DNA of 59,143 nucleotides, the filler included, from Squatina squatina (Eukaryota), in the NCBI GenBank assembly GCA_031763465.1. It is 3 parts of 3 records of this genome, joined end to end, with 100 filler letters (N's around TTAATTAATTAA, not from the genome) between each part and the next. Parts side by side here need not be neighbours in the genome. Positions count along the whole stretch, not along the records: positions 14,032 to 40,541 come from JARFOE010000051.1; 2 more parts are not named here. One strand, given 5' to 3'. How positions within the stretch are numbered: position 1 is the first letter of the stretch; each line of letters opens with the position of its first letter. Below the pieces are notes generated by a model, which made no database searches, had not been told where the DNA came from, and saw only the letters and a list, made by a program, of their open reading frames with translations. The translations under genes and the position numbers were made by a program. Positions 25,391 through 37,676 of the stretch are shown piece after piece.

Positions 25391-25601
25391 AGGCTGCCAC
25401 ATGCCTCAATTTGCCGCAAATGTGATGCACGCTAGGTTCCCCGCATATGTCATATATCTTCGACTTCCCCCAATGGCAAAGCTAGAAATGCAAACAAAGC
25501 ACAAGGATTTATTTCTAGGGGTATAGAATTCAAAAGTGGTGAAGTTATGATGGCATAGGATTCTGGCCAAGCTACACTTAAGAGTACTGTACACAGTACT
25601 A

Positions 25602-26745
25602 GGGCACCCAATTGGTCTTTAAGTTTGTGGCTATATGGGACCAATAAGAGTAAATTTAGTGCCCATTTTGCACCATTATTTTAAGACGCAGAATTGGTGT
25701 GTTAGAAAACTTTTGGGGGGCAGATTAAAAACTGGTGCTAAAAACCAGCGCTATCGGGACTAATGACACTTGTTTTTTCAGTAGACCAATTCTGCGACCG
25801 ATCTAAGGAGGTGCTATCAAGTGTCAGGCCACTTCAGCCCTTAAAGGTGATCATTCTGCAGACACAAGCAATGCTTAGGTCAGTCAGAGCATAGATCGCT
25901 GATGGGCGAGGAGCGATTGTCTTCGCAACTGCTGTGCTTGGCAGACATGATCGATGGCACCTTGGACCCTCGGGAAGCCGGCTATTATGGCGACGCCCAC
26001 AGCTCTGTCTTGCTGACCTGGCATCTGAGGAATCACCGATAGTACCTCATTTGATGTCACCTTCCTGTCCGACCTTTTGGAGGATGATGCTGGGCTGTGG
26101 CTTCTGCCACCAGTGAGGTCGAAGGCTGTGGCAAATGAAGGGTCGCTGGGCGTGCTGATGATGACCAACTGGTGCAACATCCTGCCTGGCTTCATCTTGT
26201 TCTGAGACCATCTCTCTCTGCTGCAAAAGGATGCCATTCCTGCACATCCGTACCCACTCCAACATTAGTGCTGGCCCCCATGGCTGAATAGCCCGATTGT
26301 TGTCAATTTCAATTGCTGAGCCAAATGCAAACAAAAATCTTCATAATGGCCGTTCCAAGTCCCACACAATGAATCCAAGGCATTATCAGGTCTCAAAATG
26401 GGTTTTTTTGCAATAAAAATGGCGGGGCCTCATAGACATTCAAATTGTGCCCAAAATAACATTCATTCCGGGTGTCACCGGCCAAAAAAAAAACGGGCGC
26501 CATCACCGTCACTTTAACGCCATGAGAACGGAGACCAATTCAGCATCGGGCGGCTGCGCCCTCTGATGACATCAGCGAGTCCATTTTATGCCCAGCGCCG
26601 TGTTTCCAGCGCTCCCGCAGTAGCGCCGGCGTTGACGGGAGACCAATTTTGCATCTTAGCGATTAGCGCCAAAAACGGTCGTTAGCCCCCTAATACCCGT
26701 TCTGCGCCCATTTAGCGCTAGCGCTGAGGGACCAATTGGGCGCGC
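25602..26745 (-). mobile_element. Non-autonomous Harbinger-family element (~1.15 kb)
   Basis: TIRs GGGCACCCAATTGGTC / GACCAATTGGGCGCGC (14 of 16 match); CpG-rich subterminal region; right ~550 bp is the reverse complement homologue of 33479-34020; no TSD visible. Confidence 0.75.
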
Positions 26746-26749
26746 AACA

Positions 26750-27330
26750 TCTCCATTCTATAAAAAGGACATAGAGCCACTGGAGGATTGTGCCAGACCT
26801 GAGAGATTACAACTATTGGGAAAGATTGAACAGGTTGGAGCTTTTATTTTAGACAAGAGAAAACATAAAGAAAACCTGATAGAATTATTTAACATAGGTT
26901 AAAATGGGTTGGACAGGGTAGATGTGGAGAAGCTGTTTTCACTTGTGGGAGAATCTAAAACTAGCAGTCATAAATACAAGATAGTCACTAATAAACTCAA
27001 CAGGGAAACAAGGAGAAATTTCATTACTCAGAGATTGGTTAGAATGTGGAACACTACCTCAAGAAGTGGTTGAGGCAAACAGCTTCGATGCTTTCAAATG
27101 AAAACTAGACGGGTACATGAGACGAAAGGGAATAAAAAGATGTTGTGAAATGGATGATCAGCCATGATCTCATTGAATGGCAGAGCAGGCTCGAAGGGCC
27201 GAATGGCCTACTCCTGCTCCTATCTTCTATGTTTCTAAAAGCTGAGATGAGATAGAATGCGAAGAAACTCGTGCAGGGTATAAATACCAGCACAGACTAG
27301 TTGGGTTTAATGGCTGTATATTCTATGTAG
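26750..27330 (+). mobile_element. CR1 LINE 3' fragments with two different tails
   Basis: YKKDIEPLE...GESKTSSHKYKIVTNK...RRNFITQRLVRMWN remnants; tail cagccatgatctcattgaatggcagagcaggctcgaagggccgaatggcctactcctgctcct at ~27160-27235. Confidence 0.8.
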
Positions 27331-27461
27331 TCAGAACAAAGGGGAGAGCTTGTAAAACAAACAGAGTGGAGAGGAAGTATTGGTGGAATCATTTGTAGCC
27401 TGCTTAAAAAATGGTAGGCTGAGATGAAGTAAGGTGGGAGGAGGCTTGTAAGGAGCATATG

Positions 27462-27925
27462 TTCCATTCACCCATCATCTCGTGCTCGCTGACGTACATT
27501 GGCTCCCGGTGCGGCAATGCGCAATTTTAAAATTCTCATCCTTTTTTCAAATGCTTTCATGGCCTCGTCGCTGCCCAGCTCCGTAATCTCCTCCAGTCCT
27601 ACAAGCCCGTGCGATTGCTGCGCTCCTCAAATTCCAGGATATTGCACATCCCCGATTTTCACTGCTCCCCCATTAGTGGCTGTGCCTTCAGCTGCCAGGA
27701 CCATGGCTCTGTAATTCCCTTACCAAACCTCTCTGCATTTCTACCTCTCTCTCACCCTTTAAGACACTCCTTAAAACCTACCACTTTAACCAAGTTTTTG
27801 TTCACCTCCTCTAATTATGACCTCGTGAGCAGCCCTGATTTTAATCGCTCAAACATCGGTGGCTGTACCTTTTGCTGCCCAGGCCCTAAGCTCTACAATT
27901 CCCTCCCTAAACGTCTCCACCTCAC
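27462..27925 (+). mobile_element. L2-clade LINE 3' fragments
   Basis: SPITH.LVLADVHWLPV, FKILIL, RLLRSSNS...IGGCTFCCPGPKLYNSLP remnants. Confidence 0.75.
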
Positions 27926-27928
27926 TGT

Positions 27929-28300
27929 GGGTGCCCAATTGATTCTCCAGCGCTTGCGCTAAATGGGCGTAGAATGGGTCTTAGGGGTCTAACGCCCGTT
28001 TTTAGCGCAAAATTTTAAGACGCGAAATTGGTGTAAATTTAACGCCGGCGCTAAATGAGCGCTAATGCAGGAGTGTTGAAACCGTGGTGCTGGGCATAAA
28101 ATGGACTCTGACGTCATCAGAGAGCGCAGTGCCCAAAATGGCCGCCCAACGCTGAATTGGGCTCCATTTCAATGGCGGTAAAGTGGTGGTGACAGTGCCT
28201 GTTTTTTTGGGTGGTGACACCTGGCATGGATGCTATTTTGGGCGCAATTTGAATGTCTATGAGGCCCTACCACTCTTTGATCAAGCTTTAGGTCACCCGC
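27929..28300 (+). mobile_element. Truncated Harbinger-family end (same family as 25602-26745 and 33479-34020)
   Basis: Starts GGGTGCCCAATT; shares ttaggggtctaacgcccgtttt and tgacgtcatcagag.gcgc with the other copies. Confidence 0.75.
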
Positions 28301-29496
28301 CCCAACATCTTGTGAAATTGAGGAGGACAAGGAAGGGTAATGTACCACGATCACAGTCCTGAATTTCATTCCTGGTTTTCGGCAGAATTTTTTGTTGTTT
28401 AAGCCAAATATTTTCTTGGGTTCAGTGTCAATGGTCATTCGTGTAAGCAGGTTTCATGTCCATCCCACAAAGGGCACCTTAACTTCAATCTCTAATAAGT
28501 ATCTCTGCTTATGCAGAAGTGCTACTTAATAGTTTAAAAAGTAATATTGCATTTCACTAACAAATTACTGAATACAATTGTGACTTGGTAATCTGAATTA
28601 TAGCACCATGACACATCATGTTGTAACAATCTTTGGATGCGTTACACTTACAGCTGCAATGTTGTCATGCGGTTTTGCTTTGCACCGGTGCTAGGGGGCA
28701 GCCTGAAAAAAGAGTAAGGACCTAACTTGACACAGGAGTGGAGTAGACCGAGATGCCACTTCATGTTGTAGCCAGTTCTGGTCTTTAAGGCCCGTAATTT
28801 GTGGTCAGCAGCAAAGCAAAGGCGTTTGTCACTGGGCCTGAAGAAAGCTGCCCACTGAGTTCTTGTGGTCTCTGTGGCAGAGTTTGCCTTTTTCGATGCC
28901 TAATTGATTGCAGCGCTCTGTAGTAGGAGTCCCTAGTGCGATTTGCTGTGACATCAACAGGCAAGTTCAAAAATACATTTTGCATTTTCAAAAGAAACAA
29001 GGGGCGGGGGGGCCCAATTAGAAGTTGTAGACTGTCGCGAATCGGGCGCCAAATGGGCGTTAGAGCCCTAACGTCGGCTGGTGGCGTCTGCATCATAGTG
29101 TAGAATTCGGCAGAGGCTGACACTGGCGTTAAAACGGCGTAGAAGGCTGGGTGCTGGTGGCGGCCGTCATGGCGGTGGCAGGCGTCTATGACGTCATCAG
29201 CCTATGCGCCGCCGATTCTACACCTAACGTTCTATATTGGCTTGGGCCAGCATTGTTTAAGGAGGGCGCTGAACACACCTGTTTTTTTCAGTGCAGAACA
29301 CCTCCATCTTGTCCAGGATGGCGGTATTTAAAGGAGCCTATCTGGCAGCCATTTTAAATCAGCAATTCTGGCTGCTGCTGCTGTGCTGGTGGAATACAAG
29401 TCTCAGGGATCTCAGTAGAACGTCAGGATTAGTGGGACATAGATTTCGGACTTGCCTATAGCACTCTCATGTCCCTGTATTAGGTTGTAGTACATT

Positions 29497-30800
29497 ATGG
29501 GTGCTGCCTTAGCGGTGGATATAGAACTTCACTGTCATCACATGATTTATCATAGAGGGAGATGTCGGCTTCACATGCAGCGGAGCAAGATAAGGCGCAT
29601 GCAAAATGCACTGAGGGCTGAGGAGCCAGAGGTTCATGTAAATGGGCATGGTCAGGGAAAAGCTGACACAGCCACCTGAAGCAGATCAGCAACAGGAAAG
29701 GCAGAATGCAGCTCCTGGTAGAAGTGGGCGAGGCCAGGGCAATAGGAGTAGATATGCTCTCAGAGTATTCTGTCCACATTTCACCTATCTCCAGGTGAAA
29801 GATGAGCAATGTCTGCAAAGACTGCACTTCAGGAACGACGTCATCACGGAGCTATGCCAACTATTTCAAGGTGACCTTCAATCTTACAGCAGGGCTTCAA
29901 TGACTCCATCAGTGGCAGTGAAAGTTACCATTGCCCTCAATTTCTATGCAAATGGGTCATTTCAGGGCGCAACCAGGGACATCTGTAACATCTCTCACTA
30001 TGCTGTACATTGCTGCATCAGACAGGTGACTAAAGCTCCATATCGAAAGAGGAGGCAGTACCTCTCCTTCCTAATCACCAGGCAGGATCAGCAAGAGCGA
30101 GCTGTTGATTTTGCCCGTATCACGGGTTTCCCCAAGGCTCAGGGTGCAATAGATTGTACCCAAGTTGCCCTCAGGGCACCAGAGCAAAATCCTGAGATCT
30201 TCCGCAACAGAAAAGGCTACCATTCCCTGAACATTCAGCTGGTGTGCAACCACACACACGAAAAATCCTTATGGTGGATGCGCGGTACCCTGGCAGCACC
30301 CACGGTGCCTTCATCCTTAGGCATGCCAGAGATGTTCCAGCCACCACTCTCTCCAAGGATGGATCCTTGGCAACAAGGGATACCCACAGGAAACATGGCT
30401 CATGACTCCCCTGTGAAACCCCAATACTGCAGGCGAGCTTTCATACAATGAAAGCCATGCTGCCACCCGCAATCTTGTTCAAGCAGAGGTTTCGGCGCCT
30501 TGACTGTTCGGGTGGCTCCTTGCAGTACTCGCCTCACTGGGTCTCCCAGTTCACCGTCGTCTGCTGCATGTTGCATAACCTTGCAATCATGCGGGCACAG
30601 CCACTTGAAGTGGAGATGCCAGAGGCAGATAATGAGGATGAAGAGAAGGAGAATAAGGAGCTGGAGGAACAACTTGCGGATCATCTTCAGGAAGTGCAAG
30701 AGGTCCCTAAGGAATGAAGAAGGGGGGGAGGAGGCACCGACCTCGATGTTACCCTGCCAGGGAAGCTAGAGTTAAACTCATTAGAGATAGATTTAGTTAA
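29497..30800 (+). pseudogene. Harbinger (HARBI1-like) DDE transposase, frameshifted
   Basis: CLQRLHF...ELCQL...VAVKVTIALNFYANGSFQ...GFPKAQGAIDCT...FRNRKGYHSLNIQLVC, then after shifts DARYPGSTHGAFIL, WILGNKGYP, KQRFRRLDCSGGSLQYSP...VVCCMLHN. Expected HD reads HG and GDKGY reads GNKGY. Confidence 0.92.
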
Positions 30801-30999
30801 ACGTCATGAGTGTTCCATTCCTTCTATGCCTCAACTAGGAGGTAGTGTGTTGGCCCGAACCATTGGCACAACAAACCTTGAGAAGGAAATGCATCATACA
30901 GTCAATAAAGGAAAAGACATTTAATCACAACATAAACTTTCAAACAAAAGGAAAAATCAATTACCCACCCGTTGTGAGAAACTGTACCTCCCCTTTCCT

Positions 31000-32918
31000 T
31001 AATGCCTATCCAACTACTTCTCCTTGGTGGGGGTGGTGTGGCTGCAACATGGCTGACACCAGGTTGCTGTGAGTCTGGAGCGGTAGCTACAGATGGCCCT
31101 CTGGGACACCCTCGGCGAGCTTTAACCCTGGAAGGGTCGGCTTCAGCTTGCGGAACCGGAGGGGTTGTTTCGGCAGGCTGGGGCTCATTGGTCCCAGGCC
31201 TGAGTAGTGTCAATGATGGCGTGCAGCTGCAACGAACAGGAGTGCTGCCATGCTGAGACAGCGCAGCAGGGTCCTGCTTGGATGAGTCAGTGACCTTTCC
31301 CCGGGAAAGCATCATCAGCATCCACACTAGTTGGAGAGAGGTCAGACTGGTGGAGAGCCATTGCACCGTTGGGCCCCCGGTCTCCTGTGATGGACCCAGT
31401 GGCGATAGCGGCAGTCAGTACTTGCATGGCCTCCAACTGAGACTGCCTGAGAGCATCATCATCATGGATACCAGCTAAAACTTCCTGCAAGGCATTTGCG
31501 ACCCCTTGCACACATCATTCTGAGCTTGCCTGAGAGCAGCCTCAGCATGTGTGCTAACAACCAGTGTTTCCACTGCAGCAGCAAGCCGTCGCGTTGCCTC
31601 GGCCTGTGCCACAATGATGGTCGGATCCTCACGTCCGCTCTATGAATCTAATATTGATTGCACGCTCCCAATGAGAGGCTGCAAGGTCTGCGTAGAGCTC
31701 TGCATGCTGCAGGAAGCGGACAACTCCACGCTCCTCACCACTTCTACAAGACTCTCGGGCACCCTTGCCATTGACGCAGTCATCTGCTCTTGCATCTGAA
31801 AGACTCTTTTATTGACAGACGCCCCGCCCAGGTCCTCATCTGAGCCATCGGAAGCAGCGTTGATTGGCCAACTGACCCTCTGGACAGCTGAAACATCAGC
31901 TTCCCTTGGCCTCGCACCCTGCTGGGACACTGTGCTTCACCCAGTGCTGACCCGTGGCGGGACCTAACCTCTAAATTACACGAAGTGGAAGTATCTAAGC
32001 TGGCGAATGATGCTGCTGGACGGTGTTCCCCCTCCTCCCACTTGCCCCTATCATCTTCCACAAGCTCCTCCAAGTCCATTACAGTGGATTCTTCATCAGC
32101 AATGTCTGGTCCTTCCTGTGACTGCGTCCCTTCCTCTGCAGGCACATCAAGCTCTGGGGATGAGTGATCGTCTAAAAAGAGGAAGGGGAGGCCACATACA
32201 TGAGGGTGAGGGGGGATGGGTGGCGGCATGGGGCACGTCTTCCTTCCACCATTACAATGGACTGCATCTTGAGGCGAGAGGGTCACAAGCAGAAATGCGA
32301 CACATGCACACATTCACTTACCATCATCTGCAGCAGTAGGAGGCACACCACCACCTGCAACTGGATGGCCCATGTCTCCTCCCAGTATCCTGGCAATGTC
32401 CTGCTCGATGTCAGATAGTGTAATGGTATCCGCCTCGCCTCCAGTTCTGTTCCTCGCTAGTTGTGCTACATGTAATAGGAAAAGCTACAGACTATCACAT
32501 ATATCTACCCGCTGCATGTCATGTCCAAGAAGCTGTGCCATTTGTTTCAAGGCCACAAATAATGATGCATGCATGTAGAACAGATCAAAGTTACATGATG
32601 TTGACATAGCCGCCCCCATCACAGGACTTTGATCACACTTGTACATTTGTATATTGAAGACAAAATGACACTTACTTTGACTTCACGACTAAGGTCGTTA
32701 AACTTTTTACGGCACTGATGTCCTGTTCGTACAACCACATCCGAGGTGGACATCTTCGTTGCTATCTCACTCCATAAAGCCCTCAGCATTTGTGCACTTC
32801 CCCTTTGGCCCCATTTTGCAAAGAATCGTGCCACCCTCCTCTCTACTGAGGACACCAGAGTCTCCAGGGCCGCATCAGTAATCTTGGGGGCTCTGGCCCC
32901 TCTTCCACCTGCTGTCAT
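31000..32918 (-). pseudogene. Harbinger Myb/SANT-like DNA-binding protein gene (intron-containing, decayed)
   Basis: Exon 1 32918-32676: MTAGGRGARAPKITDAALETLVSSVERR...LWSEIATKM...RTGHQCRKKFNDLSREVK|gtaagt; exon 2 ~32470-32322 (NRTGGEADTITLSDIEQDIARILGG|gtaagt); acidic/coiled-coil-like exon from ~32175; 3' boundary approximate. Confidence 0.85.
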
Positions 32919-33478
32919 TCCTGCAGTCTGAACGGCTTCACAAAGTCGCAGCACCCACTCCAGCAATAGCTCCTCTTTCAAAACAAGAACTATGGACTGA
33001 CCTGAGCAGTGGGTTACTGAGTGCAAACATTGCTTTTAAGGGTTCAGGTGAGCTGGTAAGTAATTGATCCTTATGAGGTAGTTCAGTGAATTGGTCCCGT
33101 GGAATCTATCCCGCCCACTTAACATCGCACCTGCATCCATTTACACTGATTTTAAGATCCATTTCGACCCTGCCTGAAAAATTTTTTTTAAAAAGGGACC
33201 AATTCTGCAGTTTAAGAGAACGGCGCAAAAAACAGCCCTATTTGGCACCTTAAGTTACCAGCACGGTGCAATCCAACTGGGCCCCCAAGGTCTTTGTCCA
33301 GTTAATGCATGAAAGGAAACAAGCAAAATTACAGTTAATATCACATTAAAACAATTATATTATGAAGTATTAATTTAAAACCATAAACATGAGTGAGATA
33401 TGTCAGGCATTACATGTAAATAAGCAAAGCATCTGTAAGAATGCCGCAAACATACATGATTTGGGTTTGAAATATTCT

Positions 33479-34020
33479 GGGCACCCAATTCTCACTCCGG
33501 CGCCAGCATTAAATGGGCACGGAATGGGCGTTAGGGGTCTAACGCCCGTTTTCAGCACTAAATTAAAATTTGCGAAATTGGCCTCAGTTCAGCACCGGCG
33601 CTAAATGGGCGATAAAGCGGGAGCGCTGGAAACGTGGTGTTAGGCGCAAAACGGCCTCCGTGACGTCATCAGAGGGCGCAACGCCCAAAATGGCCACTCG
33701 ACAAAGAATGAGCCTCAATTTCCTTGGTGCTAAACTGGCGCTGACAGCGCCTGGTTTTTTTGGGGCGGTAACACCCGTGCTGATATTTCTCTTAAGGCGC
33801 AAAATCATTGTCTATCATGCCCCACCATGTTTACCGCAAAAAGCCCCATCTGGAGACCTTATAAATCGTTGAAATCGTGTGCGCGACTTGGAACGGCCAT
33901 TTTTATGATTTTTGATGATCTTGGATGACCTCTTGAAAAGGGCTATTCGGCCATGGGGGCCATCACTAAAGGTGAGGTGTGGACGGACGTGCAGGGATGG
34001 CTCCTTTTGGAGCAGAGAGA
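33479..34020 (+). mobile_element. Truncated Harbinger-family element
   Basis: Starts GGGCACCCAATT; collinear with the reverse complement of 26745-26210, including ggctattc.gccatgggg. Confidence 0.78.
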
Positions 34021-34074
34021 CAAGTCACACTGATAGTGACCTTTGCCTGACCCTTTCGCTTTGTGACCATTCTG

Positions 34075-34230
34075 ACTATTCAACCACGGGGGTATTGGGG
34101 GTACGGTATTGATGTGGATAGAGAATTGGTTGGCAGACAGGATGCAAAGAGTCGGAATAAACGGGTCCTTTTCAGAATGGCAGGCAGTGACTAGTGGGGT
34201 ACCGCCAGGCTCAGTGCTGGGACCCCAGTT
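34075..34230 (+). mobile_element. CR1 RT fragment
   Basis: WIENWLADRMQRVGINGSFSEWQAVTSGVP.GSVLGPQ. Confidence 0.9.
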
Positions 34231-34333
34231 NNNNNNNNNNNNNNNNNNNNNNNNNNNNNNNNNNNNNNNNNNNNNNNNNNNNNNNNNNNNNNNNNNNNNN
34301 NNNNNNNNNNNNNNNNNNNNNNNNNNNNNNAAG

Positions 34334-34498
34334 CAATGTTCCCTGTAAGCTGCGCTTTGTTCTGCGTGGCTTGTTCCTTTTAATGCGTGGTCCCTTTAAA
34401 TTTCTGAGCATGTGTTACTTACAATGGAAAAGCCGGAGAGCGGGCTGCGCGGGAACTTTCCCATTACTACGCAGTCATGCAGTTTAGAGGGAACATTG
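34334..34498. mobile_element. 165-bp MITE (possibly hAT-type)
   Basis: TIRs CAATGTTCCCTGTAAGCTGC / GCAGTTTAGAGGGAACATTG; left flank lies next to a gap so the TSD cannot be checked. Confidence 0.72.
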
Positions 34499-35214
34499 TT
34501 CTCGAGGGCAATCAATGCTGGCCTTTCCAGCAATGCCCATATCCAAAGAATGAATTTTTAAAATGCCAACTGAGTGTTACTTTGCCCACATCTGGGCTGT
34601 AGTTTGGAGTGTAGCTGTTAGCCCCTCAGTGTACTTTCACGGAACTGAATCAACTATTGGATGAAAACTGAGACACTTTTTGTATTACAGACCTTTAGGG
34701 GCATCTGTGACTTTGTAATCTCTTGAAGGATAATATCCGTCTGCATCACTCTTAGAGTAGGACAAGCTGCTGACAGTCACAGATTGGATGTCAACGCAGA
34801 AAGCCCTTCAAGCATGATTTACAACAAGATGTGACACAAACAGAGAATATCTAACGCTGTGCAAGTTCTGCACTTTAGGATTTACAGATGGGCCCTGCAT
34901 ACCACAGATTGTGACCACCTTTTTTTTTCCAAGTCTTCACCGCTGTCTTTGTCACAGCTTCCGATATCTTGATACTTTCAGGCTATACCTAATGCTGCCT
35001 CCAGGAGTAAAGGGTTCAGCACCTTCACAGTTTCCAGAACATGAACTAGAGGGTGCCAGACATCAAGAGAAGAACTTAGAAAACATGAAAGTTTCTTTGA
35101 ATCCTCAGGAGTCTGACATAGTGGTCATTTTGATCTGAAGGTGACTTGCTTCTGCTAACCCCAAAAGAATCTGAAAAGAAAGAGGAAACTTTGACAATAC
35201 ACATATATATGGAC

Positions 35215-35405
35215 CAGAACTTGCCAATGGCAGCCATGCCTTCAAGCTCTTGAGCTCTGAATTCCATCCCTAAATCTCTCCACCTCTCTACTATTCTTTC
35301 CTCCTTTAAGAGGCTCTTTAAAGCCAGTCTCTTTGACCAAGCCTGTCCTAATATCTCCTTATGTGGCTCGGTGTCAAATTTTGTTTGATAGTCGATCCTG
35401 TGAAG
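35215..35405 (+). mobile_element. L2-clade LINE 3' end
   Basis: ggcagccatgccttcaagctc...gaattccatccctaaatctctccacctctct...ctttgaccaagc...ggtgtcaaattttg; same tail as 39020-39245. Confidence 0.7.
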
Positions 35406-35407
35406 CT

Positions 35408-36881
35408 ACTATCTCAGCACAACCCCAGCCCGACATGAGGTTGAAAAGGCCATCCGCCAACTGAGAAACAAGAAGGCCTCTGGCGCAGACAAAATCCCCG
35501 CTGAAATACTAAAACATGGCGGAGAAATACTCTTGGCACGAATCCCCTTATCTGGGAGGAGGAGAGCATGCCAGGTGATCTCAGACGCCGTAATCGTGAC
35601 CAACTTCAAGAAAGGAGACAAGTCCAATTGCGGAAACTAGATGGGGTCGCCCTGCTGTCCGCCACAGGGAAGGTCATCACAAGAATTCTCCTCAACCGTC
35701 TCCTCCCAGTGGTTGAAGAGCTCCTCCCAGAGTCACAATGCCGATTCCGCCCATCAACATGGACATGATCTTAAGTGCGCGGCAAGTCCAAGAAAAGTGC
35801 AGAGAGCAGCATCAGCCTCTGTACATGGCCTTCTTTGATCTCACAAAGGCCTTTGACTCTGTCAACCAGGAGAGATTATGGAATGTCCTTCTCAAATTTG
35901 GCTGCCCACAAAAATTCGTCACCATCTTCCACCTGCTCCACGATGACATGCAAGTCGTGATCCTCACCAACAGATCCACCACAGACCCGCTACAAGTGCA
36001 AACTGAGGTCAAGCAAGGCTGCATCATTGCACTAATGATCTTCTCCATCTTCCTCGCCGCAACACTCTATCCCATCTCCATGAAGCTCCCCGCTGGAGTG
36101 GAGTTAATCTACAGGACAAGTGGGAAACTGTTCGACTTCCATCGTCTCCAGTCCAGAACCAAGACCACACCAACTTCTGTATGCAGATGACACTTGCATG
36201 TGTGCACACTGAGAGGCTGAGCTCCAAACCATCGTTAATTCATTTACTGAGGCGTATGAGAGAATGGGCTTTACGCTAAACATCTGAAAGACAAAGGTCC
36301 TTTACCAGCCTGCTCCCACTGCACAACACTGTCCCGCAACAATCAAGAACCACGGCAAGCCCCTGGACAATGTGGATTACTTTCCAAACCTTGGGAGCCT
36401 CCTCTCACTGATGGCAGACACAGACGATGAAATCCAACACCGCCTCCAGTGTGTCAGCACAGCCTTCGGCCACTTGAGGAAAAGAGTGTTTGAAGATAAA
36501 GACCTCAAACCCGGCACCAAGCTCATGCTCAACAGGGAAGCAGTGATACCCGCCCTCCTGTATGCATCGGAGACATGGACAATGTACAGCAGGCACCTCA
36601 AAGCACTGGAGAAATATCACCAACGTTGCCGCCGCAAAATCCTGCAAATCCACTGTCAGGATAGGCATACCAATATCAGCGTCCTCTCTCAGGCCAACAT
36701 CCCCACCATCGAGGCACTGGTCACGCTCAACCAGCTTCGATGGGCGGGTCACATCATCCGCATGCCTGACACAAGACTCCCGAAACAAACACTTCGAGCT
36801 CTGTCACGGCAAGCGATTACCAGAAGGGCAGAGGAAACGCTTCAAGGACGTCCTCAAAGCCTCCCTGAAAAAATGTAACAT
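35408..36881 (+). mobile_element. RTE-clade (BovB/RTE-1-like) LINE, degenerate RT region
   Basis: LLPESQCRFRP, DMILSARQVQEKCREQHQPLYMAFFDLTKAFDSVN, VKQGC, ADD, YFPNLGS, LLYASETWT, QLRWAGHIIRMPDTRLPKQ, GQRKRFKDVLK; frameshifted. Confidence 0.93.
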
Positions 36882-37221
36882 NNNNNNNNNNNNNNNNNNN
36901 NNNNNNNNNNNNNNNNNNNNNNNNNNNNNNNNNNNNNNNNNNNNNNNNNNNNNNNNNNNNNNNNNNNNNNNNNNNNNNNNNTGCTCCTTTCACTGCAGTG
37001 AACAGTTTGTCTGGATCAACTTTTACAATCCTATTTTTTCAAGGAAGTAGGAATCCTGCCTTGAATTTTTATTGACTTGAATGTGTGACTGGATGCAGCA
37101 AAAGGCCAAGTGGATTGTAAATCGGCATTTCAACATTTGTGAATTGTGATGTGGGAGAATATTAAAAGAATTTTTTAATTAAATGCTTGAGTTGTTGCTA
37201 CTGAGCCTGAATTTTTTTTTT

Positions 37222-37676
37222 AAATTTGTTCCTGGGATGTGGATGTCACTGGCAACGACAGCATTTATTGCCCATCCCTACTTGCCCTTGAGAAGGTGGT
37301 GATAAGCCTCCTGCTTGAACTGCTGAAGTTTGTGTGGTGATGTTTCTTTGTAGCAGTTTTGGAATAACTGAGTGGCTTCCCAGGCCATTTCAGAGGGCCA
37401 TTAAGAGTCAACCACATTGCTGTGGGTCTGGAGTCATATATAGACCAGACCAGGGAAGGACAGCAGATTCCCTTCCCTAAAGGACATTACCGAACCAGAT
37501 GGGTTTTAATGTCATTCCAGTAGTTCCATGGTTACCATTACTGATACTAGCTTTTTATTCCAGATTTATTTAATTTAAATTTTCCAGCTGCTATGGTGGG
37601 ATTTGAGCTCATATCTCCAGAATTATTGGTCTAGGCCTCTAGATTACCAATCCAGTAACATTACCACTATGCTATC
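37222..37676 (-). mobile_element. tRNA-derived SINE, near full length
   Basis: Same family as 15320-15800 and 16553-17022. Confidence 0.85.

Larger units (their letters stand above)
29008..33286. mobile_element. Full-length, decayed autonomous-type PIF/Harbinger transposon (~4.3 kb) with two convergent genes
   Basis: TIRs GGGGGCCCAATT (29008) / AACTGGGCCCCC (33275-33286); transposase on +, Myb/SANT gene on -; no clear TSD. Confidence 0.88.

Noticed and set aside
25570-25580. CTACACTT as the missing U2 5' segment upstream of the Keno-like LINE
   Set aside because: Only an 8-nt match with no flanking similarity; expected by chance
29642-30451. Host HARBI1 gene
   Set aside because: Frameshifted, catalytic motifs altered, enclosed by TIRs with a partner Myb gene: a transposon copy
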